A DNA stretch of 50,173 bases from NCBI RefSeq assembly GCF_004010195.1, contig NC_057720.1, forward strand, positions 12,124,276-12,174,448, in the 5' to 3' direction. This document shows positions 35,869 through 47,827 of this stretch, in pieces (positions within the stretch are counted from its first letter, which is position 1; the number at the start of each line of letters is the position of its first letter). The translations under genes were made by a program, and so were the position numbers. This DNA is from Chiloscyllium plagiosum (lineage: Eukaryota). A model generated the notes under the pieces. It searched no databases, had not been told where the DNA came from, and saw only the letters and a program-made list of their open reading frames with translations.

Positions 35869-36533
35869 TGTTATGGACCAGGCCAGACCCCCTCAAAACA
35901 TTTCAAGTAAGTAGGCCAGACCATAACTTTTCAAGTTGTTTTAAGCAGGTGTAAAGTGGACATTCCAGGAGTGATTTGGTGGCCCAAACACTTAGTTTTA
36001 AACAAAGCAATCTCTTTGCAAGATTACCAAATAAAACACAAACACAAGAGAACAGAATATAGAATAACTTAACTACTTAAAAACCCACCAGACTATCCCA
36101 ACTTAATGATGCTATCTCAGATACTTGCAACATCCCCATAAACACTGTGTTGGCAAAAAAGGTACAACACAGGGTCTTACAGGAGAGAGAGCGAGAGAGA
36201 CAGAGAGAGAGAGAGTCAGCATGGAACACCCTCTTCCATGTAGCTGTTTCTTTGACCAGCAGCCTCAAAAACTGACTGGCGGCTCTGAACAGCAAGACTG
36301 CTAAAATCCAAAACCAGAGAACAGCTGAACTGGGAGAACTGGCCACTCCCCTTTCAATATACAAGTATTTTGTTTAAACCTTAAAACCTTTTGCCTGAGG
36401 CAGTACCTGTTAGCTAGAATCAAACTGGCCTAAAGCCCACCCAAACCAGACCTCCCGGAAAATCTGTGTTTATGACCCCTCTGAAAAATACGCAAGGACA
36501 ACATAAGCTTGTTCAGGGAGAAGCATCATCACA
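35869..36533. mobile_element. Probable solo LTR
   Basis: Starts TGTTA, ends TCACA, about 665 bp, internal (GA)n tract. TSD not exact. Confidence 0.45.
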
Positions 36534-37099
36534 AGAGAAGCTAGCCACCAGTATCCATAAGTAACTCCAGTAATAGAAAAAACAAAATTGGCTCAATGCT
36601 GCGAGGCAGTAGTGGCTAAGTGAGCCTCTCAGTTGTAGATATTTTCCTAATCAAGTTGTTTAGAGATTTTATAACACATTTCTGGCACAGGTGGAGCTTG
36701 AACCTCGAGGTGTGGATAGTATCTCTGCACCACACGATCCCTTAGCCTCTCGGTTGTAAGTAGGTAGCCAGGGACAGGCAATAAACGCTAGTGCTGCCAG
36801 CATTGCCTGCAAATTAAAAGCTAATTTTTAACAAGCAAGAATCAAGTAACAAAAGCAGGAAAGGCATTCTGAGTCTATTTAAGAAACTGGACATGGTGCC
36901 CAGGAATCCCTGCTATCTGCTAACAGATGGCTGCTGGCAGCTTGCTAAATTTATAATTGCAGCCCAGAGGTAATCAGAGAGGCTGTATTGACTGTCTAGT
37001 CTGAACGTTCTGACTATTTCTCTATACTGTTAATTTGGGGTGGGAGGGGTCATGCTCCTAATTTTTCTGTACTGGTCCTCAATGACATCTTGTGTTTTT

Positions 37100-37570
37100 A
37101 ACACAATAGAACATCATGCAAGCCTAACCCAGACAGAAATTGCTGCCAAGTCACATAAGGTGGTAGTAGAAGGGGTGACCTAAAGTTAGATTTTAAGGTG
37201 CACAGGAAAGGGAGGTAGAGATGTCTAGGGAGAGAGAATTCCGGAGCATCGGATTGGAGGCCCAGCCACAGATTAAAACCAGGGAAGTGCAAGTGGAGGA
37301 GGGCAGAGACCTCACAGGGTCGTAGGGCTGGAGGAGATGTCGGAAATAGGGGGGGGTTGAGGCGGTGGAGGGAGTGAAAAAGAAAGCAGCGAATGTTTTA
37401 ATAAGAGGTTTGCTGAACTGAGTTCCTGTGTTGGTCAGCAAGCACAAGGGGCACTGGCTGAACAGGATCTGGTTGTGGGTTAAAGTATGTCCAGTCGCAT
37501 TCTGGATGGGCTGAAGCTCATGGAGGGTGACAGGTGGGAAGCTGGCCAGGAGACGTTTGGAATGCTTCAG
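37100..37570 (-). mobile_element. L2-clade LINE 3' fragment
   Basis: ORF 37193..37735: LHELQPIQNATGHTLT..PPYFRHLLQPY.PVRSL, an L2 C-terminus. Confidence 0.65.
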
Positions 37571-38034
37571 TCTAGAGACGATGGCCACTGGTACCATGTG
37601 TCCCCTGTGAGGTGGGCAAAGCACCTCCACTCCTTTGACAGCAAAAAGGCATTTGTTTGGCAGAGGTAAACTGATAATTTGGGCTCTAGTCCCGAGGTTT
37701 TCATCGCTTTGAGGAACCCTTGTACATATTGACACATTCTTAGAAATACCCCAATCAAAATATCAACACCTTCCCATGAACTCCTCAAAAATATCAACAC
37801 ACACCCTGAAGGAGGCCTTGCAAATGCAGTCTTGGAGACTCACTTGGAAACACAACCCTAGGCAATCCTTGTAAATATTAACACATGCCTGGGAATCTCT
37901 ACACATATCAACACATTGATATATGCATATCAAGGAGTGACCTCCTCGATATGCGCAGTTGAGAACTCACTGTTCCTTAAACACATTCGGAGGACCCCCT
38001 GTAAAAAGTAGCAGCCTGCCCCGTGAATATGAAC

Positions 38035-38242
38035 TGAAAAATGTGTTGCTGGAAAAGCGCAGCAGGGTCAGGCAGCATCCAAGGAGCAGGAGAATCGACG
38101 TTTCGGGCATAAGTCCTTCTGAAGAAGGGCTTATGCCCAAAATGTCGATTCTCCTGCTCCTTGGATGTTGCCTGACCTGCTGCACTTTTCCAGCAACACA
38201 TTTTTCAGCTCTGATCTCCAGCATCTGCAGTCCTCACTTTCT
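38035..38242. mobile_element. Palindromic Penelope-derived insertion with 16-bp TSD
   Basis: TSD ccccgtgaatatgaac at 38019-38034 and 38243-38258. Confidence 0.85.
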
Positions 38243-39627
38243 CCCCGTGAATATGAACGTTTTCCCGGGGAAGTTCCATTTATGAGCTGAATTCACTAAG
38301 GTGCACAGTCTTGATAAAGGTATTAACTCTTTGGCTGTGCTCAGGTTTAGTGAGCACTCCAGCAAATGTAACAGCTCCACCGAGAGCAGCAGATTTGCTT
38401 GAGTGTCAGTTTTGTTTCAGATACTGTTTCCTGGTTAAACAACACATTAACCAGGAACAGGTGATATGATGTCAAGTTCAATTGAAAACTGACCTGTGCC
38501 GTTTTTATACTGAGGCTGAATGTAGAAAATCTGTCCAGATTTCAGAAGCTTGACTAACACCGTGTATTTAAAAACCTGGACTAATGTAAGTGAGGCCTGA
38601 GGGAAATGTATGCAAACTGTACCCAGTTTAAAATCACACAGCACCAGGTTATAGTCCAACAGGTTTATTTGGAAGTACTAGCTTTCAGAGCGCTGCTCCT
38701 TCATCAGGATATCATGTACCTAGCTTGAAATCCAAAGGCCTTGTCTATTTGAAGGGAGACATTAAAATGATAATATGATTCGATTCCCTACAGTGTGGAA
38801 ACAGGCCCTTGGGCCCAACAAGTCCATACCGACCCTCTGAAGAGTAACCCACCCAGACCCATTTCCCTCTGACCAATGCACCTAACACTATGGGCAATTT
38901 AGAATGGCCAAGTCATCTGACCTGCACAACTTTGGACTGTGGGGAAGCCCACACAGATACGGGGAGAATGTGCAAATTTCACACAGAAAGTTGCCCGAGG
39001 CTGGAATCGATCCTGGGTCCTTGGCACTGTGAGGCAGTAGTGCTAACCACTGTGCCGCCCTTATGCATCAAAATGCTTGTGTTCACTTACAATTAGCGAT
39101 CTTAATTCCAGGCACGAACAAGTGCCACAGCTAACGCAGCCCCTGAAGCCCCAGCTGAAAACAAAAAGTGTTGGAAATCACAACAAGTCAGGCAGCATCG
39201 CGGAGAGAGAGCAGGCTAATGTTTCAAGTCTAGAGAACTCTTCATTAGAGCTGGTGTGAAAGGGGCAGCATTTATACAGTAGGGCAGAGTGCTGGGGGAA
39301 AAAGAATGTTGGTAGTTCAGATTAAGTGATCAGAATGGGAGAATGGTAGAACAATGGTGTGTCTAACTACCAGACTGGAAAGAACAGACAGTCCCATTGG
39401 AGTGGGGGGAAGGAAGAGAGGATATTGTAACATAGAGTAAAGGGAAGACCTTTTAGAACTGAGATAGGCATAAACTTCTTCAGCTAGAGACTGGTGCATC
39501 TATGGAATTCATTCAAGGCTGTGGAGGCCAGGTCATTGAGTATTTGAGAATGAGATAGATAGGTTCTTGATTGTCAAGGGGATCAAGGGTTATGGGGAGA
39601 AAGTGGGAGAATGGGGTTGAGAAACTT

Positions 39628-40074
39628 ATCAGAGCTTAAAAATGTGTTGCTGGAAAAGCGCAGCAGCTCTGGCAGCATCTAAGGAGCAGGAGAATCGATG
39701 TTTTGGGCATAAGCCCTTCTTCAGGAATGAGGAGGGTGTGCCAAGCAGGCTAAGATAAAAGGTAGGGAGGAGGGACTTGGGGGAGGGGCATTGGGAATGT
39801 AATAGGTGGAAGGAGGTTAAGGGGAGGGTGATAGGCCTATCACCCTCACCTTAACCTCCTTCCACCTATCGCATTCCCAACGCCCCTCTCCCAAGTCCCT
39901 CCTCCCTACCTTTTATCTTAGCCTGCTTGGCACACCCTCCTCATTCCTGAAGAAGGGCTTATGCCCGAAACGTCGATTCTCCTGCTCCTTTGATGCTGCC
40001 TGACCTGCTGCACTTTTTCAGCAACACATTTTTAAGCTCTGATCTCCAGCATCTGCAGTCCTCACTTTCTCCTA
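39628..40074. mobile_element. Penelope-derived 416-bp palindrome plus tail, inserted in a CR1 3' end
   Basis: 208-bp arms 39628-39835 and 39836-40043 with no spacer. TSD gttgagaaacYtatcag at 39616-39632 and 40075-40091. Hammerhead core at 39947-39974. Confidence 0.9.
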
Positions 40075-40189
40075 GTTGAGAAACCTATCAGCCATGATTT
40101 AATGGTGGAGCAGACTTGATGGGCTGAAAGGCCAAATTTCTGCTCTTATGCTTTATAGTAGCAAGTAAAGCTAAAAGAAAGGGAAGGAA

Positions 40190-40490
40190 TGGGAGTAGAT
40201 TCACAATTTGAAGGTGTTGAACTCATTATTGAGCCCAGAAGATTGTAAGTTCGTGTGAAAATGAGATGTTGTTCCTCCAGTTCATGCTGTGATTCACAGG
40301 AGCAGTGCAGCAAGCTGAGGCCAGACAAGTGGGCATGTGAGCAGGATGCTGTGTGAAAGTGACCGGCTATGGGAAGGTCAGGGTCACGCTTGTGCACAGA
40401 CCAGAGGTGTTCCACAAAGTGGTCACCCAGTCTGCATCTGGTTTCTCCAATGTAGAGTAGGCCACAATGGGTGCAACGAATACAACACAC
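40190..40490 (-). mobile_element. Neptune-type PLE GIY-YIG fragment
   Basis: ORF 40146..40490: CIRCTHCGLLYIGETRCRLGDHFVEH..LEEQHLIF. Confidence 0.8.
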
Positions 40491-42224
40491 AAGACTTGAG
40501 CCTCAAATTAGACTCACTCTCCGTGGAGAGGAACGCAATCCTGGTGTTAGCTGCCCTCTTTGTCTCAACATTATTCGTGAGCAACAGATTGAAAGGGGGT
40601 CATTGCAGAAACCATCCCTTCATTGGTATGTTGCTGCAATGGGCGAGCTGCTGGTGTAGTGGTATTCTCATTCTCAGAAGGCCAGGTGATGCTTTAGGAA
40701 CCTAAGTTCAGATCCCAACAGACCTGATGGCAGAATCTGGAGTAGAGGCTGGATCATTGAAGGCTGAGATAGGCAGCTTTTTAATCAGTAAGGGAGTCAA
40801 GAGTTATGGGGAAAAGGCAGGAAAGTGGAGTTAAGGATCATCAAATCAGATCAGCCGTGATTTCATTAAATGGTGGAGCAGGCTTGATGGGCTGAATGGC
40901 CTACTTCTGTTGCTAAAAAGAGGCAATAAGTCAACAAATATAAAGATCGATTAGGGGTGGTGGGGGACAGACAGTGCATCGGTTTCCTGTGATCTCCCCT
41001 TTGCCAATGCTTGAGGGTTCAGGAATCACATTTGAAAGATCTCATTGAGTTTGGAGCATTAGTGAAATGAGTACGATGCATGTTGTCATCTCAGCGCCGC
41101 TATTCTGTCTTCACCGTGTCGAGAGGGAAATCAAACAGGGCGCATATTTCCTGTGGCGTTTACTTACATTAGTCAAGGTTTTGAAATACACTGTGCTTTG
41201 TTTAGCTTCTGAAATTTGACTGGATATGTCTACATTTAGCAGTGGGTAAGTTTTCAATTGAATTTGACGTCCCATCACCTGTTTCTGGTTACTGTGTTGT
41301 ACAACTAGGAAAGAGTATCTGAAACAATCCACCAGTCAAGGAATTTCTCCTGCTCTCCGTGGAACAATTATATTCGCTTCTTGAAAACCCACAAAGTAGC
41401 CCCAAGGAAGGAAGAGAACTTGCGCTGATAAAGCACTTTCCACCATGCTCTCGATTTTCCAAAATGGTTTTCAACCAGAGAAATACTCTTCAACCTATAA
41501 TCACTGTTGGGATGGTGCCTATGCTGCAGCCAGTTCGACACAGCAAGATCCCACATGCAGCAACATGATAATGACAGGTCATCACATTTATCCACGTTAT
41601 GCTTCATCCGCCCAGCATTTACCAACTCGTTCAACATATCCATGTCACCAAAGCATCTCTGCGCCTGCTTACAGTTCGTCCTCCCATCCAGCTTTGTGGC
41701 AAAACAGTATGGCTGCCTTTCCCAGGAGGAGGTCTCACAGGACACCTTACAGCTCTCCATCTTCTAACTGAATCTCTCATGACCTTAATTAAATTCCTCC
41801 TGACCTGTTATTGTTGATCTTGGCTACATGAATATTGCAATCCTGTGTCCCGGGAATCCTCCTTCTCCGAGGAGAAAGTGAGGACTGCAGATGCTGGAGA
41901 TCAGAGCTGAAAAATGTGTTGCTGGAAAAGTGCAGCAGATCCTGCTCTTTGGCTGCTGCCTGACCTGCTGCGCTTTTCCAGCAACACATTTTTCAGCATT
42001 CTCCTTCTCCTTTCAATTAGTCTTTCACGTCCAACTTGAGCTGATGAATGGACACTTGGCTTGAGATCTCATCCAAAAAGGAGGTGAGTTGGGACTTCTG
42101 AAGGGTTACCATGGGAATTATGAGCCTCCTTCTGTGCTGTAAGTTTCAACAAGTCTTAAGGAGAGATTGGATAAGCTTGGATTTCCGCAAGGATCAGTGG
42201 TAGGTCCACTGCTTTTCGTCATTT

Positions 42225-45010
42225 CTACCAAGCACCTTCTTCATTATCCTACCTGTCTGAAACTTCACTTTCAAGGAACTATCAACCTGTACGCCAAGGT
42301 GTCTTTGTTCAGCAAAGCTCCCCAGGACCTTAACAATAAGTGGAAAAGTCCTCCTCTGATTTGCTTTTCCAAAATGCAGCACCTCGCATTTATCTAAATT
42401 AAACTCCATCTGCCACTCCTCAGCCCATTGGCCCATCTGATCAAGATCCCATTAACCTTCATTGCTGTCCACTACGCCTCCAATCTTGATGTCATCTGCA
42501 AACTTACTAATTATACCTCCTATGTTCACATCCAAATCATTTATAGAAATGATGAAAAGCAGCTAAACCTTGTGGCACTCCACGACCTTTAATCTGAAAA
42601 GCAACCATGCACCACCACCCTCTGTCTTCTACCTTCAAGCCAGTGAGGCAGAGTGATGCAGTCCTGCAAAGAGAATTCAGAGCATTAGGTAGGAAGTTGA
42701 AAATCAGCATTTTAGGTTGTGATCTCAGGATTAATTCCTATGCCACGTGCAAGGCAGGCGAGAAGTAGGATAATTATATAGTTGAATGCGAGGTGAAGGA
42801 GTTAGTGGAGGAGGAAGAGATTCACTTATCTGGATCTTTGGGATCTCTTCCAGGTCAGAGGGACCTGTGCAAGAAAATCAGGTCATACTTAAACTGGTGG
42901 GGCACCAATATCCTGGCAGGGAGGTTTGCTCGTGCCACTAGAGAAGGTTTAAATTAGCATGGCAGGGGAAACCAAAACAGTAGGTCAGCATGTCGAGTGT
43001 TTGATGAGATTGGCCAAATCATGTAAGCCTAGAAGGAAGAACAGGTGAAAGTGAGGACTGCAGATGCTGGAAATCAGAGTTGAGAGTGCGGTGCTGGAAA
43101 AGCACAGCAGGTCAGGCAGCAGCTGAGGAGCAGGAGAATCAACGTTTCGGCCATAAGCCCTTCATCAGCCCTTCTTCTGTAGGAAGGACAGGCAGAGCCA
43201 GGTTAATGAACTTTGCGGAACTAAAAGTCTATTTTAATGCAAGGCGAAAAATAACAGATAAGGCAGATGATCTCAGAGCTTGGATTATGATGTGGTAGCC
43301 AGGACAGAAACTTGGTTGAGAGAAGGCCTGGACTGGCAGCTGTGTGTTCCAGGATTTAGATGTTTCAGGTATGATAGGAAGGAACGTAAACGGGGTGGAA
43401 AGAGTTACATTAATGATGAAGGAGAATGTCACAGTTGTACGAAGAGAGGACATCTTAGAGAGCTCATCCGGCAATGCAATATTGCTAGAATTTAGGAATA
43501 AGAAAGATGCAAGAACTATATATGATGGGGTTATACTATATGTCTCTCAGGAGATAGGGTGGCTCAGTGGTTAGCACTGCTGCCTCACAGTGCCAGGGAC
43601 TGGTGTTCAATTCCCGCCTCGGGCAACTGTCTGCGTGGAGTTTGCTCATTCTCCCCGTGTCTGCATGGGTTTCCTCCAGGTACTCCGGTTTCCTCCCACA
43701 GTCCAAAGATATGCAGGTCAGGTGAATTGCCATGATAACTTGCCTGTAATATTAGGTGCATTAGTCAAGGGTAAATGTAGGGGAATGGGTCTGGGTTGCT
43801 CTTGGGAGGGTCGGTATGGACTTGTTGGGCCACAGTGTAGGAAATCTAATCTAATCTAATCATATGTAAACAGATTATGGAAGCCGTAAAAACTACAGGG
43901 TTTTAGTAGTGGATCATTTTAATTTACTCAGTCGGGATCACCGCTGGAACCATTATTGTTTGTAATATTTTTAATGATTTGGATGGAAATGTCAATGGTT
44001 TGATTAGTAAGTTTGCAGATGAAATGGAATTGTGGAGAGTGAGGAGGATGTCAGTGGATACAGTGAAGAAGGTTTACGGCATGCTTGCCCTCATTGGCTG
44101 CAACACTGAGAATAACAATTCACAGGTCATGTTGTAGCTATATAAAACTTTTGGTTAGGCCACTTTTGTGTGCAGTCCCGGTCTCCAGACTGTAGGAAGG
44201 ACGTGGAGAGGGTACAAAAGAGTTTTACCAGGAGTTGCCTGGATTGGAGTGAATTAGCTATAAGGAGATGTTGGACAAACGTGGATTGTTTTCACTAGAG
44301 TGTCAGAGGCTGAGGGGTGACCTGGTAGAAATATATAAAATTATGAGAGGCATGGATAGGGTGGATAATCAAGGTCTTTTTCCTAGGGTGGCAATGTCAA
44401 ATATTCGAGGGCGTAGATTTAAGGTGAGAGGGGAAGAGTTTAAAAGAGATTTAAAGAGGTGGCACAGTGGTTAGCACAGCTGCCTCACAGCACCACAGAC
44501 CTGCGTTCAATTCCACCCTTAGGTGTCTGTAGAGTTTGCCTGTGTTTTCGTCAGTTTTCTCTGGGTGCTCTGGTTTCCTCCCACATCCAAAGATGTGCAG
44601 ATTAGGTGGATTGGCCATGGGAAATTGCCCATAGTGTGCAGGTTGGTGCATCAGCCATGGGAAATGCAACATAACAGGGCTAGCGTAGAGGGTTGGTACA
44701 GGGTGAGATGCTCTTTAGAGGGTTGGTGTGGAATTGATGGACTGAATGGCCTGATTCCACACTGGAGGGATTTTATGAGATATGTGAGGCCAAGTTTTTA
44801 GACAGACAGTGGTAGTTGTCTGGAATGTGCTGCCAGGGGAGGTGGCGGAAACGGATATGGTAACAATGATTAAGACAGACACATGAACAGGCAGAGAATA
44901 GAGGGTTATGGAACATGTGCAAGCAGAATGGGATTAGTTTAGAAGAGCATCATGGAAAGCATAGACATGTGGGCTGAAGGGCCTGTGCCTCTGCTGTACT
45001 GTTCTGCATT
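42225..45010. mobile_element. Fragmented CR1 cluster (minus RT piece, then plus ORF1 esterase, APE and 3' pieces) with nested PLE pLTR and two HE1 SINEs
   Basis: WAEEWQMEFNLDKCEVLHFG on minus, DYDVVARTETWLREG on plus, GLFSLECQRLRGDLVEIYKIMRG on plus. HE1 at about 43555-43860 and 44457-44780. Confidence 0.8.
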
Positions 45011-46459
45011 CTTTTTTTTATTCCTGTGCTGAAAACCCCTTGAGTTAAAGTTCAACAGACTAATTCTTTGTTAAAAGTGCAAACACATGACCATGTTACC
45101 AATAGGAAGACAGGCAGGAGGCTGGAAGAACACAGCAAGCCAGGCAGCATCAGGCGGTTCCGAAGTTGACGTTTCAGGTGTAATCCTTACCAATAAGCTT
45201 ACATTTGTAACATAGCGTTAATGCCGGGAAAACAGCTTCACACAAAGGTTTTCAAACAAGTTTCTCAGTGAGATAAAGACATATTGCAGCAAAATGACCA
45301 AACACTTAAACCATAGCAAAATCAGAGAGAGGGAGAGAAACAGGGTGGTTTAAGGTGAGCTTTCCAGAGCCGAGGATCTAGGAAGTTAAAGGCATAGGCA
45401 TCATTGATGGAACAATTAAAATCACGCCCTAGTTAAAAGAGTGAATCTGGCTCGTTGATAAACAGGGAAGAGGTCAGATATACAACCCTGCACATTCCAG
45501 CTGTCACACTTAACTCGAGCCTCGGTTGCTCCTGGTGTCTGACTGGTAGCAGAGAGAGAAAATAGTGCTTTAACTTTGAGTTAAATATAAACATTCACTG
45601 CTCTTTCAAAACGATAGGCTGTTCCTGACAGCTGGCAGCTCCCACATTTTATGCTCAATTAAAAAAAATTAATTACCGTCAGCCGGAATTTCTTTTCGCA
45701 ATTAGATTTATGCGAGTGAAACTGTTGGAAAGCTGAGAGATGAAAGTTGCGTAATCACAAATTGAAGTTTAAATAGACCAGTTGGTTGTTACTTCCAATT
45801 AATCAGTGACACTGACAGAGCTTTCAAATTGTTCCTGTTACTGTAGAAATAAATCATAAAAAAGCAACCAAGACGATCTATCCCGACAATGCATTAATAA
45901 ATAAGTTTCCACTATTGTTATGGTCTGGAATGCATTGTCTGAAAGGATAACGGAAGTGAATTCAATAGTGCCTTTCACAAAGGGATGAGAGAAAGTTCTT
46001 GCAACGGAAATATTGCAGGGCTGTGGGCAAAGAACAGGTGTGTGGTATGAAATGAATGACTTTATTGAAGGCAAAATATGATATTACGTTCCCCCCCCAA
46101 AAAGAGACAGAACCAGGTACAGGTCTGTTAGTGTGTGGAAACTCTGGGTGCATCCAGAGAGGTTAGCTGGAATGCTGGACTCACATGTTTCAGTCTGCCG
46201 TGAATTCTCCAAGGCACTTAGAGTCATAGAGATATACAGCATAGAAACAGACCCTTCGGTCCAACCTGTCCATGCCGACCAGATAACCCAACCACTGCAT
46301 TTGCCTGAAACAAAGACTTGCATTATAGTCTTTCATCATCTTACGATATCCCAAAGCACTTTACAGTCAATAAAGTCAAGTTGTTGTTGTAATGTATAGC
46401 CTACAGGAGCTAACACAGCAAGCTCCTACTAACTGCAACGTAATATTACGTTTAGAGAT

Positions 46460-46810
46460 TTATAGAATAGAATCTCTGCTGTGCAGGAAGAGGCCATTGG
46501 GCCCATCAAATCTGCATCGACCTTTCAAAGAGCATCTCACCCAGAACCAACTCCTACCACTCTAGCCCCATATTTCCCAAGGCTAATCTACCCAGACTGC
46601 AGATCCCTGGATACTACGCATCATTTAAGCATGGCCAATCTACCTAACCTATCCATCTTTGGACTGTGGGAGGAAACCAGAGCACCTGGTGGAAACCAAA
46701 ACAGACACGGGGAGAATGTGCAAACTCCACACAGACAGTCACCTGAGGCTGAAACCAAGCCTAGGGCCCTGGTGCTGTGAGGCAGCAGTGCTAACCACAG
46801 AGCCATCGTG
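46460..46810 (-). mobile_element. HE1-type V-SINE
   Basis: V-domain and tRNA head on the minus strand. Confidence 0.88.
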
Positions 46811-47299
46811 TTATCCTGAAACATTAGCTGTGTTGCTGTCTCCACAGATGGTGCCAGATCCACTGAATTTCTCAAGCATTTTCTGTTTTTTATTTCAGAT
46901 CTCCAGCATCACATTGTTTTTAATTTTTTATGCTTTTATTGATGTTGGTTGAGGGAGAAAGTATTGACCAAAACTTTTCTATCATTTTCAAGTGTGATCT
47001 TTTGCATCTCTTGAGGGGACAGGCGTGGCCCTGCTTTAATATCTTGTCTGACTAAGTAGCACTCTGTCAGTATTGCAGAGAGGTGACAGTCTGGATTTTT
47101 ATACTCTAAGTCTCGGTCGTGGGATTGTGAGCCCAGCATTATTCTGAACCAGAGTTTCCAACTGAACATGGGCTGACATTAAACTCAAATCCTCTGAATT
47201 TGGAACGTTGGTTTGTTCTTGGGAAATAGAATCGTTGTTCTATGACAAGCTGAATTGAATCCAATGGAGTGTTTTTTATTATCCCTGTGATCCCAACAG

Positions 47300-47421
47300 C
47301 TAACAGAGCATCGAGACAATCGAGGCAGCACCTACGGTCTGGGCTCATGGTGTCACCTGCCGATCTATGAAGAAGCGATGCACTTGGCAGAAGATGGAAG
47401 AGTATTTTGCCGGGTGTTAAG
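47300..47421 (+). CDS. MIGA1: Mitoguardin 1 internal coding exon D (phase 0 in, phase 2 out)
   Basis: Acceptor tcccaacag|cta, donor ttaag|gtaagc. Encodes LTEHRDNRGSTYGLGSWCHLPIYEEAMHLAEDGRVFCRVL(R), homologous to human MIGA1 LAEHRE...FYEEAMHLVEEGKIYSRVLR. In frame with exon C. Confidence 0.92.
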
Positions 47422-47477
47422 GTAAGCTAATCTCTACCATTACAATTGACTGATTAATCCACAGAGATAATGGCTAG

Positions 47478-47800
47478 TGTGGTGGCTCGGTGGTTAGCAC
47501 TGCTGCCTCACAGCGCCAGGGATCCGGGTTCAATTCCAGCCTCGGGTGACTGTCTGTGTGGAGCTTGCACATTCTCCCCGTGTCTGGGAGGATTCCCTCC
47601 GGGGGCTTTGGTTTCTTACCACAGTCCAAAGATGAGTGGTGACTTGGCCATGTAAATTGTCCAAAGTGTCCAGGGATGTGCAAGCTAGGTGGATTAGCCA
47701 TGGGAAATGTAGGATTAAGGGATGAGGTGGGATGCTCTTCAGAGGGTTGGTGCTGACTTGTTGGGCTGAATGACCTCCGTCTGCAGTGTTGTGAATTCTA
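47478..47800 (+). mobile_element. HE1-type V-SINE
   Basis: A box tggctcggtgg, B box ggttcaattcc, V-domain. Confidence 0.88.
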
Positions 47801-47827
47801 TAAAAGGTGCTAAATTGGATAAACACC

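Noticed and set aside
37710..38035. CRISPR-like repeat-spacer array
   Set aside because: The repeat core is only 10 bp, spacing is irregular, the spacers resemble each other, the context is a vertebrate intron and there are no cas genes.
41206..41245. Possible 40-nt cassette exon (tttag|...gtgg|gtaagt)
   Set aside because: Frame-shifting, short pyrimidine tract, no homology to MIGA1. Exons C and D already join in frame.
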